Assembly (NCBI GenBank): GCA_964016885.1
Contig: CAXHJY010001467.1
Location: forward strand, 1-58,803
Length of the DNA: 58,803 nucleotides
Direction: 5' to 3'
DNA from: Eledone cirrhosa
Lineage: Eukaryota
Of the stretch, positions 24,792 through 38,388 are shown piece by piece. The stretch's first letter is position 1. Each line of letters starts with the position of its first letter. Below the pieces are notes generated by a model. It ran no database searches and was not told the DNA's origin. It saw nothing but the letters and a program-made list of their open reading frames with translations. A program made the position numbers and the translations under genes.

Positions 24792-25174
24792 AATATTTAT
24801 ATTTGTACTTTATTCAAAATAAATATTTCCAGATATCCGTAAAGCATAAATTTTCGAATTTAGGCACAAAATGTGCCACGAGAAAAAAATTTGGGAATTG
24901 CTGGTGTAGATGCTCTTCCTAAAACCAACCACACACACAAACACTTACAAAAGATGGATTTCCATGTTGAGATCTTGATGCAATATATACACACACACAA
25001 ACATACATATTTTCTGAAGTATGTGTACACTTTAATGGTAGACTAATCATTTACTATGTGTTAGTAAATAAACTATAGGGTTTCTCTGATGCAAATTATT
25101 AATTTATGAAAACACAAACTTGCCAGTTTATAAGATTGTTGATATATCCAGTAACCTTTGTATATGTATGTATA

Positions 25175-25176
<2 letters not shown>

Positions 25177-25208
<32 letters not shown>

Positions 25209-25811
25209 ACAGGATGTCTGTGTGTGTGTCTGAGTTTGAATCCCTAAAACTCAAGTACCCAACCAACTTTTTCAAACTTTACATGTGTATTACTTATGTT
25301 TCAAGGAGTGTTATGCACATAAAAAATTCAACTTTTTGATCCCCCAGCATTAGGTGAAAAACTGCGTTTTTTCAGCTTTTTAGAGTTTTTTTGAGGCATT
25401 ACGTCAGTTACAATTTCAAGAAAATCGATCTATGTATTAGTCACTCTCTTCTTCATACCGTGAGCAAAAAAAAAAAATCCAACTTTTTTATGGCCTAGGG
25501 ACCGCATCAGGTGAAAAACTTCATTTTTTCAGCTTTTTAGGGCCTTTTTGAGGCGTTACGTCTAGCCGATTTTCCCGAAATTTCAAGGTATATTATGCAC
25601 ATAAAAAAAATTCATTTTCTTGATCCGCATTAGGTGAAAACCTGCATTTTTCCTGCTTCATCTAGGAAAATCTTAAAGATTATCCAGCCATCAGAGTATT
25701 CGGTTTATTTTCTTTACATATTGTCCAGGCATGCAGTTTTTCCACGATTAGGTCTTGTCAGCCCGCGTTCCAAAATATCTTATCCCGTGCAACGCTGGGT
25801 ACCATTGTTAG
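25177..25811 (+). mobile_element. Non-autonomous Helitron
   Basis: A|TC start, subterminal hairpin CCCGTGCAACGCTGGG, TTAG|T end (CTAG variant); related to 37620-38388. Confidence 0.75.
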
Positions 25812-25857
<46 letters not shown>

Positions 25858-25985
25858 CACACACACACGACATACCAATGCTGGATTCCCAAAAGTTTAA
25901 ATACATTTAATGCTATTGCTGTCATGGTCTGCTGCTACTGACTGCACCAGCCACAATAAATACCAATGACAAGAAAAAGACTCAC

Positions 25986-26094
25986 CTGAATTCAACCTTT
26001 TTCTCTGTTTTCGGTCCTATCACTTTTCCATTAGTACTAAATGCTACTTTAGACATTTTTGGTCTGGTTTAGGTCGAAAGAAGGAAAATGTGTC
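25986..26094 (-). other. Candidate non-coding (5'UTR/lncRNA) exon, 109 bp
   Basis: Acceptor cttttcttgtttcAG, donor CAG/GTGAGT; stops in all three frames. Confidence 0.5.
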
Positions 26095-26254
26095 CTGAAA
26101 CAAGAAAAGTTTCAAAATTTAAATATATACATTGTATAAAATATATGGCAAACAGACTTATACCATAGGGTATCTTCTTATAAGCAGGGGGAGGGAATTA
26201 GTAATTGTATAGTGTATGTTAAATGAAGTCATAAATATCTTAATGAAATAGCTG

Positions 26255-26545
26255 AGATCAGGGTGTCACTCAAGGTAGAGTCGCTACTTCTCCAAATTGA
26301 GAGACCACAGTCCCAATACTATGGACATGTGGTCAGAATGTCTCAGAAGAAAAAAAAAAAAAAAAATTGCTGGACAGATTTACTGGATAAAACCAACAGG
26401 TAGGAGACCCAGGGGTAGACTGAGCAAGATGGTTGGCGATTCAGCGAGATCAGTTGAAAATGGTTGCTTCCGACAGGACCTGCTTGAAGGAGTGTTTGAC
26501 GACACTGCCTTTATGACCCTCTCAGGAATAAATGGGTGAAGAAAA
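26255..26545 (+). mobile_element. Rex3/Expander-like RTE 3' fragment (family D)
   Basis: Matches 15420-15792. Confidence 0.7.
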
Positions 26546-27019
26546 GAAATGCTAATTTTAGTAAATCATTCCAAATTCTTCATTAATTAAGACAATGTAT
26601 TTCATTAGAAATATGGTCAGAGGGTTAAATCCATTTAATTAAATAGCTAATGTTGTGTATATATGGATTAAAATCGATACACTGTATCCCTGCATGTCAT
26701 AAGAGGTGACTAAAAATGGTTGGCATCTGGAAGGATGATTGTAAAATGTTGCCTCAAAAAGTCCCATCCAACTCATGCCAGCATGGAAATGTCAATGTAA
26801 AAACAATGACACTAAAATTGAGGTATCTAAGGCTCAAACTATTTCCACACGTCCACATCAGCAAATAATTCTTTACAAAGCTTAGGGGAAACACACAATA
26901 GAGTATTGCTTAAACATCTGAAAAGGTGCTTGTTGCTACTCCTTGGCATCCAAGACTATCCGTAGATACATGGGAGGGACATTCCAACTGATTGGCATGA
27001 AATCACAAACACACCAACC

Positions 27020-27283
27020 TCTGACCCACAGACAATGCCTTCTCCTCCTGCTTCATCTACAGTTACGAACAAATGTGGCCTCTGCTCCTTACAACTGGTT
27101 GATCACAAACAGACAACTGACCCACAGATATACAGCCTCTTCTCTGCTTCATCTACAGTTACTAACAAATGTGGCCTCTGCTCTTTACACCTGGTTGATC
27201 ACAAACAGACAACTGACCCACAGATATACAGCCTCTTCTCTGCTTTATCTACTGATACTAACTAATGTGGCCTCTGCTCCTTA
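27020..27283. repeat. About 96-bp tandem repeat, 2.8 copies, probably within an old minus-strand LINE end
   Basis: CTGACCCACAGA..CTGCTTCATCTACAGTTAC..AATGTGGCCTCTGCTC recurs three times. Confidence 0.85.
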
Positions 27284-28396
27284 GAGCCGATTGGTCTTCA
27301 GCCACGTCCTTTCAGTCATTTCCCTTCCTCGTGTTATATTGACCTTACTGGTCTGGCAGAGCTTGCAATAGCCACAGACAGCTTGTTTCCTCCAGACAAA
27401 GATCACCCCCACCCCACTCCAACAACCAAAAAACAAAAGACTAACTATTTGAATTTCTATTTGAAAATAAATAAATTTATGTCAGTAATTACTACAATAT
27501 CAAAATAGAGACTAACAGAGAAAGTGGACATTAAAACAATGATGATGATGATGATGAAATAATGGAACCATCACAGCATAATAAAACTTCAACAAAAGAG
27601 AGTTGATGATGTTTCAACAAGTAAAGTTATGTAAAAATATTATTTCAATCTGAGTATTATTCGAAAAAAATGTCTAAAAATATAAAATTCTGTTTAAAAC
27701 TTCCTATTCAACAGCCATAAAGAAGACAATGTAGAAACATAACAGTGCAACATTGAATTTACATGTGAAAAATTAACACAAAGCAATTACATTGTAATTA
27801 AATTACAAGGAATATATTTGCTGTGAAATTGTTGTGGGGAGGAGAGAAGAGAATCAAAACAAAGAAAAACAACAGCAAACAACAAAAACAAAAACAAAGC
27901 AACAACAAAAACCCAAAGAAAACAGCTTTGGTACACACTAACATTCCCTTCGCCAGGGGTTTGTTTTCCCTACTAGCAACAGTTAGACAGGGTGCTATAG
28001 ACCAAGTCAGTATTTAACGTATATACTTGAATAAAAGCCGATACATAGCTTTGGTACACATTAACATCTCCCTCGTCTAGCATTTGTTCTCTCTGCTAGC
28101 AAGAGTTAGATAGGGTTCTATAGATGAAGTCATTATTTAATGAATATACTTGAATATAAGCCAATAAGTTGACGCCACTATTTTATGTTTGAGAAAAGGG
28201 CAAAAATTCCAAACCTTATTTATGTAGAATTTGAAGTTGGTGAAAATTGTCAAATATTCACCCCGAATATAAGGTTTTCCATGGCTGGATGCTCTTCCTG
28301 TCACAACCACTACACAATGTAGAGATAAATATCTGGCACCACCACTATGGAAGTCGACATGTTTTTGACTAAACAGAAGAATTTCCTCAACTAATT

Positions 28397-28714
28397 TCAT
28401 TTCATTTCACGTCCACTTTTCCCTGCTTGCAAGGGTGGGATGGGAACTGATTCTGGCTTGATTTCTACAGCTGGATGCCATTCCTAACACCAACCTCATT
28501 TACAGTGAGTGCTGGATGCTTTTTTTCCGTGGCGCCTATACGTCCACTTTACAGTGGAATGATATGGACCCCAGTCCCTATCATCTCATTTCTACAGCTG
28601 AGTAAACTGGAGCAATGTAAAATAAAGTGTCTTGCTCAAGGAAACAACACATCACCCGGTCTGAGAATTGAACTCACAACCTTTCGATTGCAACCACTAA
28701 GCCATGTGCCTCCA
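28397..28714 (-). mobile_element. SINE family A
   Basis: Reverse complement of 87-418. Confidence 0.9.
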
Positions 28715-29098
28715 TCTGAAGTTTGGTCATTCATGTGTCTCCATCATTGAAGTTCGGTCATTCACCACTGGATAGAACTGATCATTCTGTATAGTTAACC
28801 TTGATGTAATAGGGAAAAGCATTCAACGTTATGCAACTCATACATCTCTATGATATTGAATCCTGGCCATTGAAATATATATATAGTGTTTGCAACAGTA
28901 AAACTTTAAAAAGGAAATTCACCAGTCCGGCCTCCTGACATTTTATTCAATATATATATATTGAATAAAATAATGTAGGAGGTGAGTTTTATTGTAGCAC
29001 AATAAAGCAATGCAAATATCGGATAAGTAGCACTCAACAGTTTATAGGACTGGAGTATAAATAATATAAGATCAAAAGATGGTTAAAAGAGTTCCATG

Positions 29099-29169
29099 TA
29101 TTTTATTATGCGCATTTCAAAAACAAATATCATCATGAGATGATACTTGCGTTCTCATCAGATAAAATA
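29099..29169 (-). ncRNA. Type I hammerhead ribozyme, core nucleotides intact
   Basis: TATTTTAT-CTGATGA-GAACGCAAGTATCATC tcat GATGATATTTGTTTTT-GAAA-TGCGCA-TA-ATAAAATA. Confidence 0.8.
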
Positions 29170-29917
29170 GAGAGACATGATATGAAGCTTAAAAAAACAC
29201 TTGCGAGCAGTGAAGTGTTAAATCTACATATGAAAAATAAAATAAGATGGATATATGAGATTGGGGAAAAAAAGAAGGAATGGGGGAAGGAAAAAGTAAG
29301 GAAGAGGAAGAAAGAAAATAAAGGATGATGGGGGAGGAGTATAAGAAGGAAGGATGAGAGAGGAGGAGAAATGAGTGAGAGAAAGATAGCCTTTAATACT
29401 GAGAAACACTGTCTCACAGAGAGAAATAAAAAAAAGAAAACAAAAAAATGTAAGATAATACATAATTTAAAAAATTTTGAAATTAAAAGTTGAGGTTTAT
29501 GAATGGTGATGTTTATGATTAAAGAAAAAGGAATTAATAGTATTTATTTGAGGTTTATTTATTTGAGGTTTATATATCGAAGGGTTTAATAATATGTGCA
29601 AAAAGGAATATGTATTATTAAAATAAAAATATTAAGGAGATAATGTGAATGGATTTTTTAAAATTATGTATTATCTTACAACAGTTTTTTTAATTTCTCT
29701 CTGTGAGACAGTGTTTCTCAGTATTAAAGGCCATCTTTCTCTCTCTCCCTTCCTTCTTATACTCCTCCCCCGTCATCCTTTATTTTCTTTCTTCCTCACC
29801 TTTTCCTTCCCCCTTTTTTTTCCCAATCTCATATATCCATCTTATTTTATTTTTCATATGTAGATTTAACACTTCACTGCTCGCAAGTGTTTTTTTAAAC
29901 TTCATATCATGTCTCCC

Positions 29918-29988
29918 TATTTTATCTGATGCGAACGCAAGTATCATCTCATGATACTATTTGTTTTTGAAATGTGCATAATGAAATA
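29918..29988 (+). ncRNA. Hammerhead relic (core CTGATGC)
   Basis: Mirror copy of 29099-29169 with an A-to-C change in the core. Confidence 0.6.
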
Positions 29989-30016
29989 CATGGAACTCTT
30001 TTAACCATCTTTTGAT

Positions 30017-30058
<42 letters not shown>

Positions 30059-30199
30059 ATAATAATAAATGTGAAGACTAAAATCCAAAGAGGGCTCGAT
30101 AAGGATAAATATATATCCAATATATAAGAACCGTAGAGCAAATATTTATTAAAATAACAGATTAAAGTTTAAGCAAAGAATCGCTGCTTTCACCCTTAA

Positions 30200-30238
<39 letters not shown>

Positions 30239-30240
<2 letters not shown>

Positions 30241-30583
30241 TGAAGACACATGGCTTAGTGGTTAGAGCATTGAGCTTGCAATCGAAAGGTTGGGAGTTCA
30301 ATTCTCAGACCAGGTGATGTGTTGTTTCCTTGAGCAAGACACTTTATTTCCCATTGCTCCAGTTTACTCATCTGTAGAAATGAGATGATAGGACTGGGGT
30401 CCCTATCATTCCACTGCAAAGTGGTCATGGAGGTGCCACGGCAAAAAAGCACCCAGCACTCACTGTAAATGAGGTTGGTGTTAGGAAGAGCATCCAGCTG
30501 TAGAAATCAAGCCAGAATCAGTTCCCGTCCCACCCTTGCAAGCAGGGAAAAGCGGACGTAAAATGATGATGATGATGATGATG
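30239..30583 (+). mobile_element. SINE family A
   Basis: Full length with (GAT)n tail. Confidence 0.9.
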
Positions 30584-31876
30584 GGCGGGCGGGCGTGTGT
30601 CTAGTTACTGTGGCTATAGGAAACTTTCTATAATTACAGTGGCTCACAATTACTCCATAATTGTTTCTACTTTTGGCACAAGGCCAGCAATTAATCGGTA
30701 CATTACCAGTACTTTATGTAGTGGGTAATTACTCAATAACGTGAATGTATAAGTAGGCTAACTATTCTCAGACTGCTAACCAAATTTATATTTGTAATGG
30801 AGCAATTGCAGTTCTGTCCTGGACCCAATGGGTTTCTGCAAGTGCAGACTACACTAACAAATGCAACTTACAAACTGCAAGTTATAGTGGAAGCATAAGT
30901 GCATTTCTGCATGCTAAAATACTACAATGCTTCTTCAGTGGATGTTACTAAATAGCGAGAGACTAAAGGCAGTGCATCCATCCCGTGCAAGTAGTGATGT
31001 CACGGGTAGAACCTTTTATTTATATACATCATCATCATCGTTTAACGTCTATCTTCCACGCTGGCATGAGTTAGACAGTATACATATATATATATTTATA
31101 TAAATAAATATGGATACAGTACAAAAACTGTTTACATCATTACTCACCAGAGTACTTGATACTTGGGATAGAGTATGGTAATATGAAAGTCAGCTCTGAC
31201 CCTTTCATATATATATATATATATATATATACCCCCCCCCCCCCCCCCATAAATGCTCCTGTTGGCGTTTTATTGTTGGTATCTTTGCTGGTTTTGATGA
31301 TCAGTCTTCAGTTTTTTTCAATCAACTGTACATTCTAGCTTGTTAATATATCAAGTAAATGGTTGAGTATTTCTACAGACATGTGTACCTTCAATGTAAA
31401 TAAATCCCAATCTGAACCAGTATGATAATATGCAACAAAGCTAGGCCATCCCAACACTGCCTTTCTTAACGCAGATCATAACTGCTCTACTTTGCTTTTA
31501 ATAGAATCATGTTCAACTCTTAACTCTTTTCACACAGTCAATATCCATGTCACTGCTATTTTGCAACACTATGTTTCTCTTTACAAAGAAAGAAACCTCT
31601 TTGTTGCCAACAAAAAAATAACTTCCAAACAAAGTAGACTATATGACTGCTCAACCAACTAGAAAGAGTAGCTAAATTTCGTTTCATGCAGTGTACAGTA
31701 TAAAAAAATTTTTTTTTTTTATATGTGAAGGTCATAACTGGAGTGCTTTTGATTATAGAATGAACTTAGTCAGCCCAAGTCACATGTTTTGCTCTTAGTT
31801 CAGTATTGAGCATTCATTTAAGACTGCTTTTGGTTATGTAAACTAACCAAGTCTGTCCAACTGACAAGTATTTCTC

Positions 31877-33972
31877 TTAACCCTTTAGCATTTAAACTGG
31901 CCATCATCATCATCACCGTTTTACGTCCGTTCTTCCATGCTAGCATGGGTTAGACGGGTTGTCCTGTTGTGGGCAGTGTCTGGTCGGCTGATCATGCCTT
32001 CCTCATACAGGAACTGATTTTGGTTTGATTTTACAGCTGGATGCCCTTCCTAACACCAACCTCATTTACAGTGAGTGCTGGGTGCTTTTTTTGCCGAGGC
32101 ATCTCCACGACCACTTTACAGTGGGAGCATATTGTCTGTATGCTTCAGCTTCGGCTTGTACCTTTTTTTCCGTGGTGCCTACACGTCCACTTTACAGTGT
32201 GGGCTGGGTGCTTTTTTGCCGTGGCACCTCCACGACCACTTTGCAGTGGAAGGGTTTGGGGGTATATTGTCTATATGCTTCAGCTTGTACCCATGGGAGG
32301 TCGGGTACTCTGTATTACTGCGCGACGCCAGAGGTCACGGTCGTGTATCATCGCCTTTGAGAGGTGTAATTGGGTATGGTCGGCTTTTATCACCTCGTCC
32401 CAAGTCTTCTTGGGTCTCCCGCAGTTTCCATCAATTTCTAGTGCTCTGCAACTTTTTATGCAGCTGTCATCCTTCATATGCATCACATGTCCATACCAAC
32501 GCATCCGCCTCTCCTGCACAGAACATTTGATTCCTCTTATGCTCAGTCTCTCTCTCTCAATTCATTTATGCTTTACTGTTCGCGTATATTACTATTACAC
32601 ATCCATCGGAGCATGCAGGCTTCGTTTCTTTCTAATTTACGTAAGTCTTCCACCTTCAGCGCCCATGTCTCACTACCATGTAACATTGCTGGTCGTATAC
32701 ATGCATCATACAGTCTGCCTTTCATTTTGAGCGAGAAGCTTTTTGCAGCTAGCAGTGGCAGTAGTTCCCTGAACTTCTTCCATCCCGTTCTTACCCTAGT
32801 TATTGTACTTGCTGAACACCCACCTCCGCTGCTAATTCGGTCACCTAGGTAGCAGAAGCTGTCTACTGTTTCTACAGAGCTCTCCCAGAGTTTGGTGGTA
32901 CTTGTTTCCTGTGGCTGCTTGCTGCCCCAGCACAGCTGCTGCATGTGAAGCCTACATTCTTAAGCTTCCCGAGATCCCGCTACATCTCTTGTGTACCCAT
33001 TGTTTGCATTTGGGGCAGAGAATGGAGTTCCTACCTACACCTTTCCTACATACTGAGCAGTGTCATTTCCCTGAGGAGATCTGGGTTCTGTTTTCTCGTC
33101 TACTTACAAGGACCTTAGTCTTTGTCATGTTGACTTTGAGACCCTTTCTTTCTAGTCCCTGCTTCCAAGTTTGGAATTTCTTTAGTTCTACCATAGATTC
33201 AGCTATAAGTGCGAGGTCATCTGCATACAGGAGTTCCCATGGGCATCCGGTCTTAAACTCCTCCGTTATTGCCTTCAGGACTATGATGAACAGGAGAGGG
33301 CTAAGAACAGAGCCGTGGTGGACACCAACCTGTACACTAAATTCCTTGCTATACTCATTGCTAATCCTAACTTTGCTGACTGCTCCCCTATACAAGGCTT
33401 GTACAGCTTTCACAAGCCATTAATCTACTCCTAGTTTTCTAAGAGCCCACCAGATTATAGCACGTGGAACTCTGTCAAAAGCTTTCTAGAGATCGACGAA
33501 TGCCAGGTAGAGTGGCTTACTTTTAGCTAGGTACTTTTCCTCTAACTGCCTCACAAGGAAGAGGGCATCAGTGGTGCCTCTTCCTGGTACAAACCCAAAT
33601 TGCATCTCATCTAGTTTCACCCGGTCCCTAATCAACTGTGCTATAACTCTGTTACTTTCATGACCTGGTCTATCAGCTTTATACCTCTATAGCTTCCTCT
33701 ATCTAGTGCATCACCTTTACCTTTGTAGCAGTTGACAATGATGCTACTGCACCAATCTTTTGGTATGACACCTAGTATTATATCCGGCCATAATTCTCAC
33801 CTCTTTCTGTTTAAACTGCCCATAACCAACCACTCATACTGATGTTAAGATATTGTTCTCAAATTAAATATCAAAATCTCAGATTCAATATATGAAATAA
33901 TAATGTGAGATAACGCCTTTACTGTGAAAATACAATAGTACATATAGAGTAATGTAAATGCTAAAGGGTTAA
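31877..33972. mobile_element. TTAA/piggyBac-type MITE split by an RTE insertion (MITE parts 31877-31903 and 33780-33972)
   Basis: TTAACCCTTTAGCATTTAAACTGGCCAT ... ATCCGGCC...AATGCTAAAGGGTTAA rejoin to the MITE consensus. Confidence 0.8.
31903..33780 (-). mobile_element. Decayed RTE LINE (RT domain) with SINE-like 3'UTR
   Basis: GSVLSPLLF, LLYADDL, VDSFCYLG, MLHGSETW; closely matches 4902-6590. Confidence 0.95.
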
Positions 33973-34095
33973 TGTTGAGCATTTATTTTGGAGTGCTTTT
34001 GGTTATAGTCAATCCAACTGACATGTTTTGCTCTTGGTTCAATATTGAGCATTCCCTCCCTGCATCTCAAACAGTTGCTCCAACATTTACAGGAA

Positions 34096-34845
<750 letters not shown>

Positions 34846-35110
34846 AATTCCAAACAGCTTTTACTGAAGAAATAATGACTAACATTTTTTTCTACATCAG
34901 TTTAACTTTTGACAAATGTAGTTGAAGTAGGTTTCACCCAGTTAAAAAAAAAAATGTAGTTGTTTTGGGTGCCTCATTAGATTATAATACGCTGACATGG
35001 TTTTTTTTTATTAAAAAGGTAAAGACAGCTTAGTAGAGCCCACCTCTTTAAAAACAAATACCATCACTATGTTATATCTATTTCTCTATGCTGTCATGGG
35101 TGGGTGGATA

Positions 35111-35672
35111 CATCATCATCATTTTACTTCCGTTCTTCCATGCTAGCATTGGTTAGACGGGTTGTCCTGTTGTGGGCAGTGTCTGGTCGGCTGACCATGC
35201 CTTGCTCATACAGGAACTGATTTTGGCTTGATTTCTACAGCTGGATGCCCTTCCTAACACCAACCTCATTTACAGTGAGTGCTGGGTGCTTTTTTTCCGT
35301 GGCACCTACATGTCCACTTTACAGTGTGGGCTGGGTGCTTTTTTTCCATGGCACCTCCACGACCACTTTGCAGTGGGAGGGTGTGGGGACATATTGTCTA
35401 TATGCTTCAGCTTGTACCCATGGGAGGTCGGGTACTCTGTATTACTGCGCGACGCCAGTGGTTACGGTCGTGTGTCATCGCCTTTGAGAGGTGTAATTGG
35501 GTAAGGTCGGCTTTTATCATCTCATCCCAAATTTTCTTGGGTCTCCCCACTCTGCGGTTTCCATTGACTTCAGGTGCTCTCCACCTTTTTATGCAGCTGT
35601 CATCCTTCATACGCATCACATGTCCATACCAATGCAACCGCCTCTCCTGCACACAACATTTGATTCCTCTTA
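35111..35672 (-). mobile_element. RTE 3' end with SINE-like 3'UTR
   Basis: RRLHWYGHVMRMKDDSCIK..GRPKK..VIQSTRPPMGTS followed by the shared 3' module. Confidence 0.9.
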
Positions 35673-35691
35673 TACAATGTCAATCAATATT

Positions 35692-36035
35692 TAACCCCCT
35701 TAGCATTTACATTACTCTATATATATACCAGGTATGTCAAACTGAGGGGGGCCACACACAACAACTAATTGGGCACATTACAACTAATTTTACCAAGATA
35801 AACATGCTCATACTGTAAAAACCTTTGTGCGAGCTGCAGGTTTAACATGCCTGATATATACTCTTATATTTTCACAGTAAATGCTTTACCTCATAAATCA
35901 AAGCTATGAGATTTTTATATTTATTTTGAGAACAATACCTTAACATCAGTATGAAGGGCTGGTTACAGCTGGTTTGAATAGAAAGAGGTGAGAAAATAGT
36001 GGCTGGATATGGCTGGTTAAATAGTAAAGGGTTAA
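35692..36035. mobile_element. TTAA/piggyBac-type MITE carrying a nested hAT MITE
   Basis: Ends TTAACCCCCTTAGCATTTAC / GTAAAGGGTTAA. Confidence 0.75.
35729..35853. mobile_element. 125-bp hAT MITE with perfect 8-bp TSD
   Basis: TIRs CAGGTATGTCAAAC / GTTTAACATGCCTG; TSD ATATATAC at 35721-35728 and 35854-35861. Confidence 0.9.
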
Positions 36036-36333
36036 AGATAAAGACAGCCTAGTAGAGCTCACCTCTTTTCAAGTACCCCACACCATCACTATGTTACATC
36101 CATTTCTATGCTGTCGTGAGTGGGTGAGACAATCAGAGCTACTGTCCTAGACACACCAGTGGACCACGACTCAGTATGATGTTATTTTTGCCCTAATTCT
36201 TTACAGCTGGAAGTCTTTCCTAACATCAACCACTCTGCAGATTATACTGAGAGCATTTTATCACGACACCAGCATTAGAGAGAAGACCATCATCTCGCCG
36301 ACATAGTTGAAGAGTCTTCTCTACACATTTTTT

Positions 36334-36535
36334 TTAACCCTTTAGCATTTAAACCAGCCATATGCTGCCAGAATTCTCTCACCTCTTTATGTTCAAACCA
36401 GTCATACTGATGTTTAGGTATTGTTCTCAAAATTAATATAAAAATCTCAGATTTGATATTATATTAGATAATTATGTAAAATAAAGCCTTTACCGTGAAA
36501 ATACATTAGTAAATATAGAGTAATGTAAATGCTTA
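36334..36535. mobile_element. TTAA/piggyBac-type MITE
   Basis: TTAACCCTTTAGCATTTAAACC start; body matches the other copies. Confidence 0.75.
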
Positions 36536-36708
36536 CATTGAATGTTGTGCATTGTTTTGTCAAAGTTTCACCATGCATTTACAACAAGGGGTAATTGCAA
36601 CACACTACACCATGAACAATAACATTAACAGACAATACAACTATATTATACACAATCCTGAATAAAAATAGTTAATTAATTATGGAAATACTATATTACA
36701 ATCTGGTG

Positions 36709-36739
<31 letters not shown>

Positions 36740-36899
36740 AAATCAATATTCAGTCTGGTACCAGCAACACAAACAACAACACACACATGAACACATGACA
36801 TGCGAGTCTAATAGTCAGGTTTAACATTCCTCATTTGGGAGGAAAATAATAAAATGGTGAAGCAAGAGCTGCATTAAACCACACACATGCACATATATG

Positions 36900-37400
36900 A
36901 AATTAGGCATAAGAGGGATCAGATGCAGTATGCTAGAGAAGAGATTGCGTATGAAGGATAACAGCTGTATAAAAAGGTGCAGGGTGATCAAAATTGATGG
37001 AGTAGGTAGACCTGGGATCAGGTGATAAAAGCTGACCTTGTGCAATTGCATCTCTCAAAGACAATGACACAGGATTGAGATCTTTGGCGTTATGCAGTAT
37101 TACAGAAGACCTGCCTTCCCTTGCGCACAGACTTAAACATACTTCTAGTAGGTACCTCTTGACCACTTAATCCATTATACTCCTTTCCATACACCCCTAC
37201 ACCACCCTTACACATTAAAGTTATGTTAAAACATCCAGCCCACACTGTAAATGTGATTGGTGTTAGGAAGGTAATCCAGCGGTAGAAATCTCGCTAGAAA
37301 CAGTCCTATATGAGCAAGACCTGGTCACCTGACCTAACTTGTCCCTAATAGGACAACCCGTCTAACCCATGCTAGCATGGAAAATGGATGTTAAACGATC
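36900..37400 (+). mobile_element. Degenerate RTE 3' end with SINE-like 3'UTR
   Basis: Plus-strand homologue of 35111-35672. Confidence 0.8.
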
Positions 37401-37619
37401 ACACACACAATGAACATTCATCAAGAAGGGTACCAGTTGAAGAGGAACACCCGATTTGAGCCACATGCTGTTTGGCTATGAAGCAGAAGACTGGAATCAG
37501 GTATGATGGTGTTGATCCAGGAAAGATTTGATCCTCATGTAGGTTTAGTTGAACCAATAATACCAACAATTCCTGCTTATTTTTAACCCTTTATCATTTA
37601 CATTACTCTATATATACTA

Positions 37620-38388
37620 CTAGCAGAATGGCCCGGCGTTGCTCGGGATTCTAAACATAGATTGGCATGTTTATCCCTCCTTTCTGAAACAGTACAGAGA
37701 ATACCTCGGCCTGGGGATGGTGTCTACATTTTGTGCTTATAAAAAAATTCCTTGTAGATTACCAGGGGTTTAACTTAATTGGGTGCCTGAGAGTAAAATG
37801 TTCAACCCACGAAAGCCAAGACGATAGGGTTAAGTAAAATAGGCATTTGACAAACCGAACATGTATTTGTTGTGCTATAGTACAATGAAAGTAATAGTTA
37901 CAGAGCAGTAAGCATGTGGGACTGCAGTGGTGGAGAACATGAAGGAATTTAGTTGGATACTTTTAAGGTTACAGGCCCTAATGCAACCAAAATGGTAAAC
38001 AATGCAGTCCCTGGGCAAAAATTTGAAATCTTTTTCAGTCAATAAAATTTGTGAAACATATGCAAAGTTAAAAAAAAAAAAAAAAAAAAAAAGCGGTCCC
38101 TGGAGCAAAAAATGAGAAAATCTTTGCTCAAAACACTTTAAACGACATAAGTAATGCACATTTTGAAGAAATCACCTGGATTATTCCGTTATGCCTAAAA
38201 TATGCAGTTTTTTGCCTAATGCAGTCCCTAGGGCATTAAAAATTTGAAATATTTTTTTGCTCAAAACCCTCACACGACCAAGTATTACATGTGTAAAGTT
38301 TGAAAAAAAAAAAAAAAAAAAAAAAAAGAAATCGGTTGGTTGGTTCTCAAGTTTTAGGGAGACAGACATTCTGTTTTAGATCTATAGA
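37620..38388 (-). mobile_element. Non-autonomous Helitron (769 bp) inserted in a TTAA MITE
   Basis: Minus strand A|TCTATAG....CCCGAGCAACGCCGGG-CCATTCTG-CTAG|T, no TSD; flanks rejoin to the MITE consensus. Confidence 0.9.

Larger units (their letters stand above)
28965..30019. mobile_element. Non-coding PLE derivative forming a ~400-bp inverted repeat
   Basis: 29070-29478 and 29651-30019 are reverse complements; homologous to 2612-2810 and 4621-4731; (TA)n flanks. Confidence 0.85.

Noticed and set aside
31142-31200. Minus-strand donor CTG/GTGAGT
   Set aside because: No convincing acceptor or exon upstream
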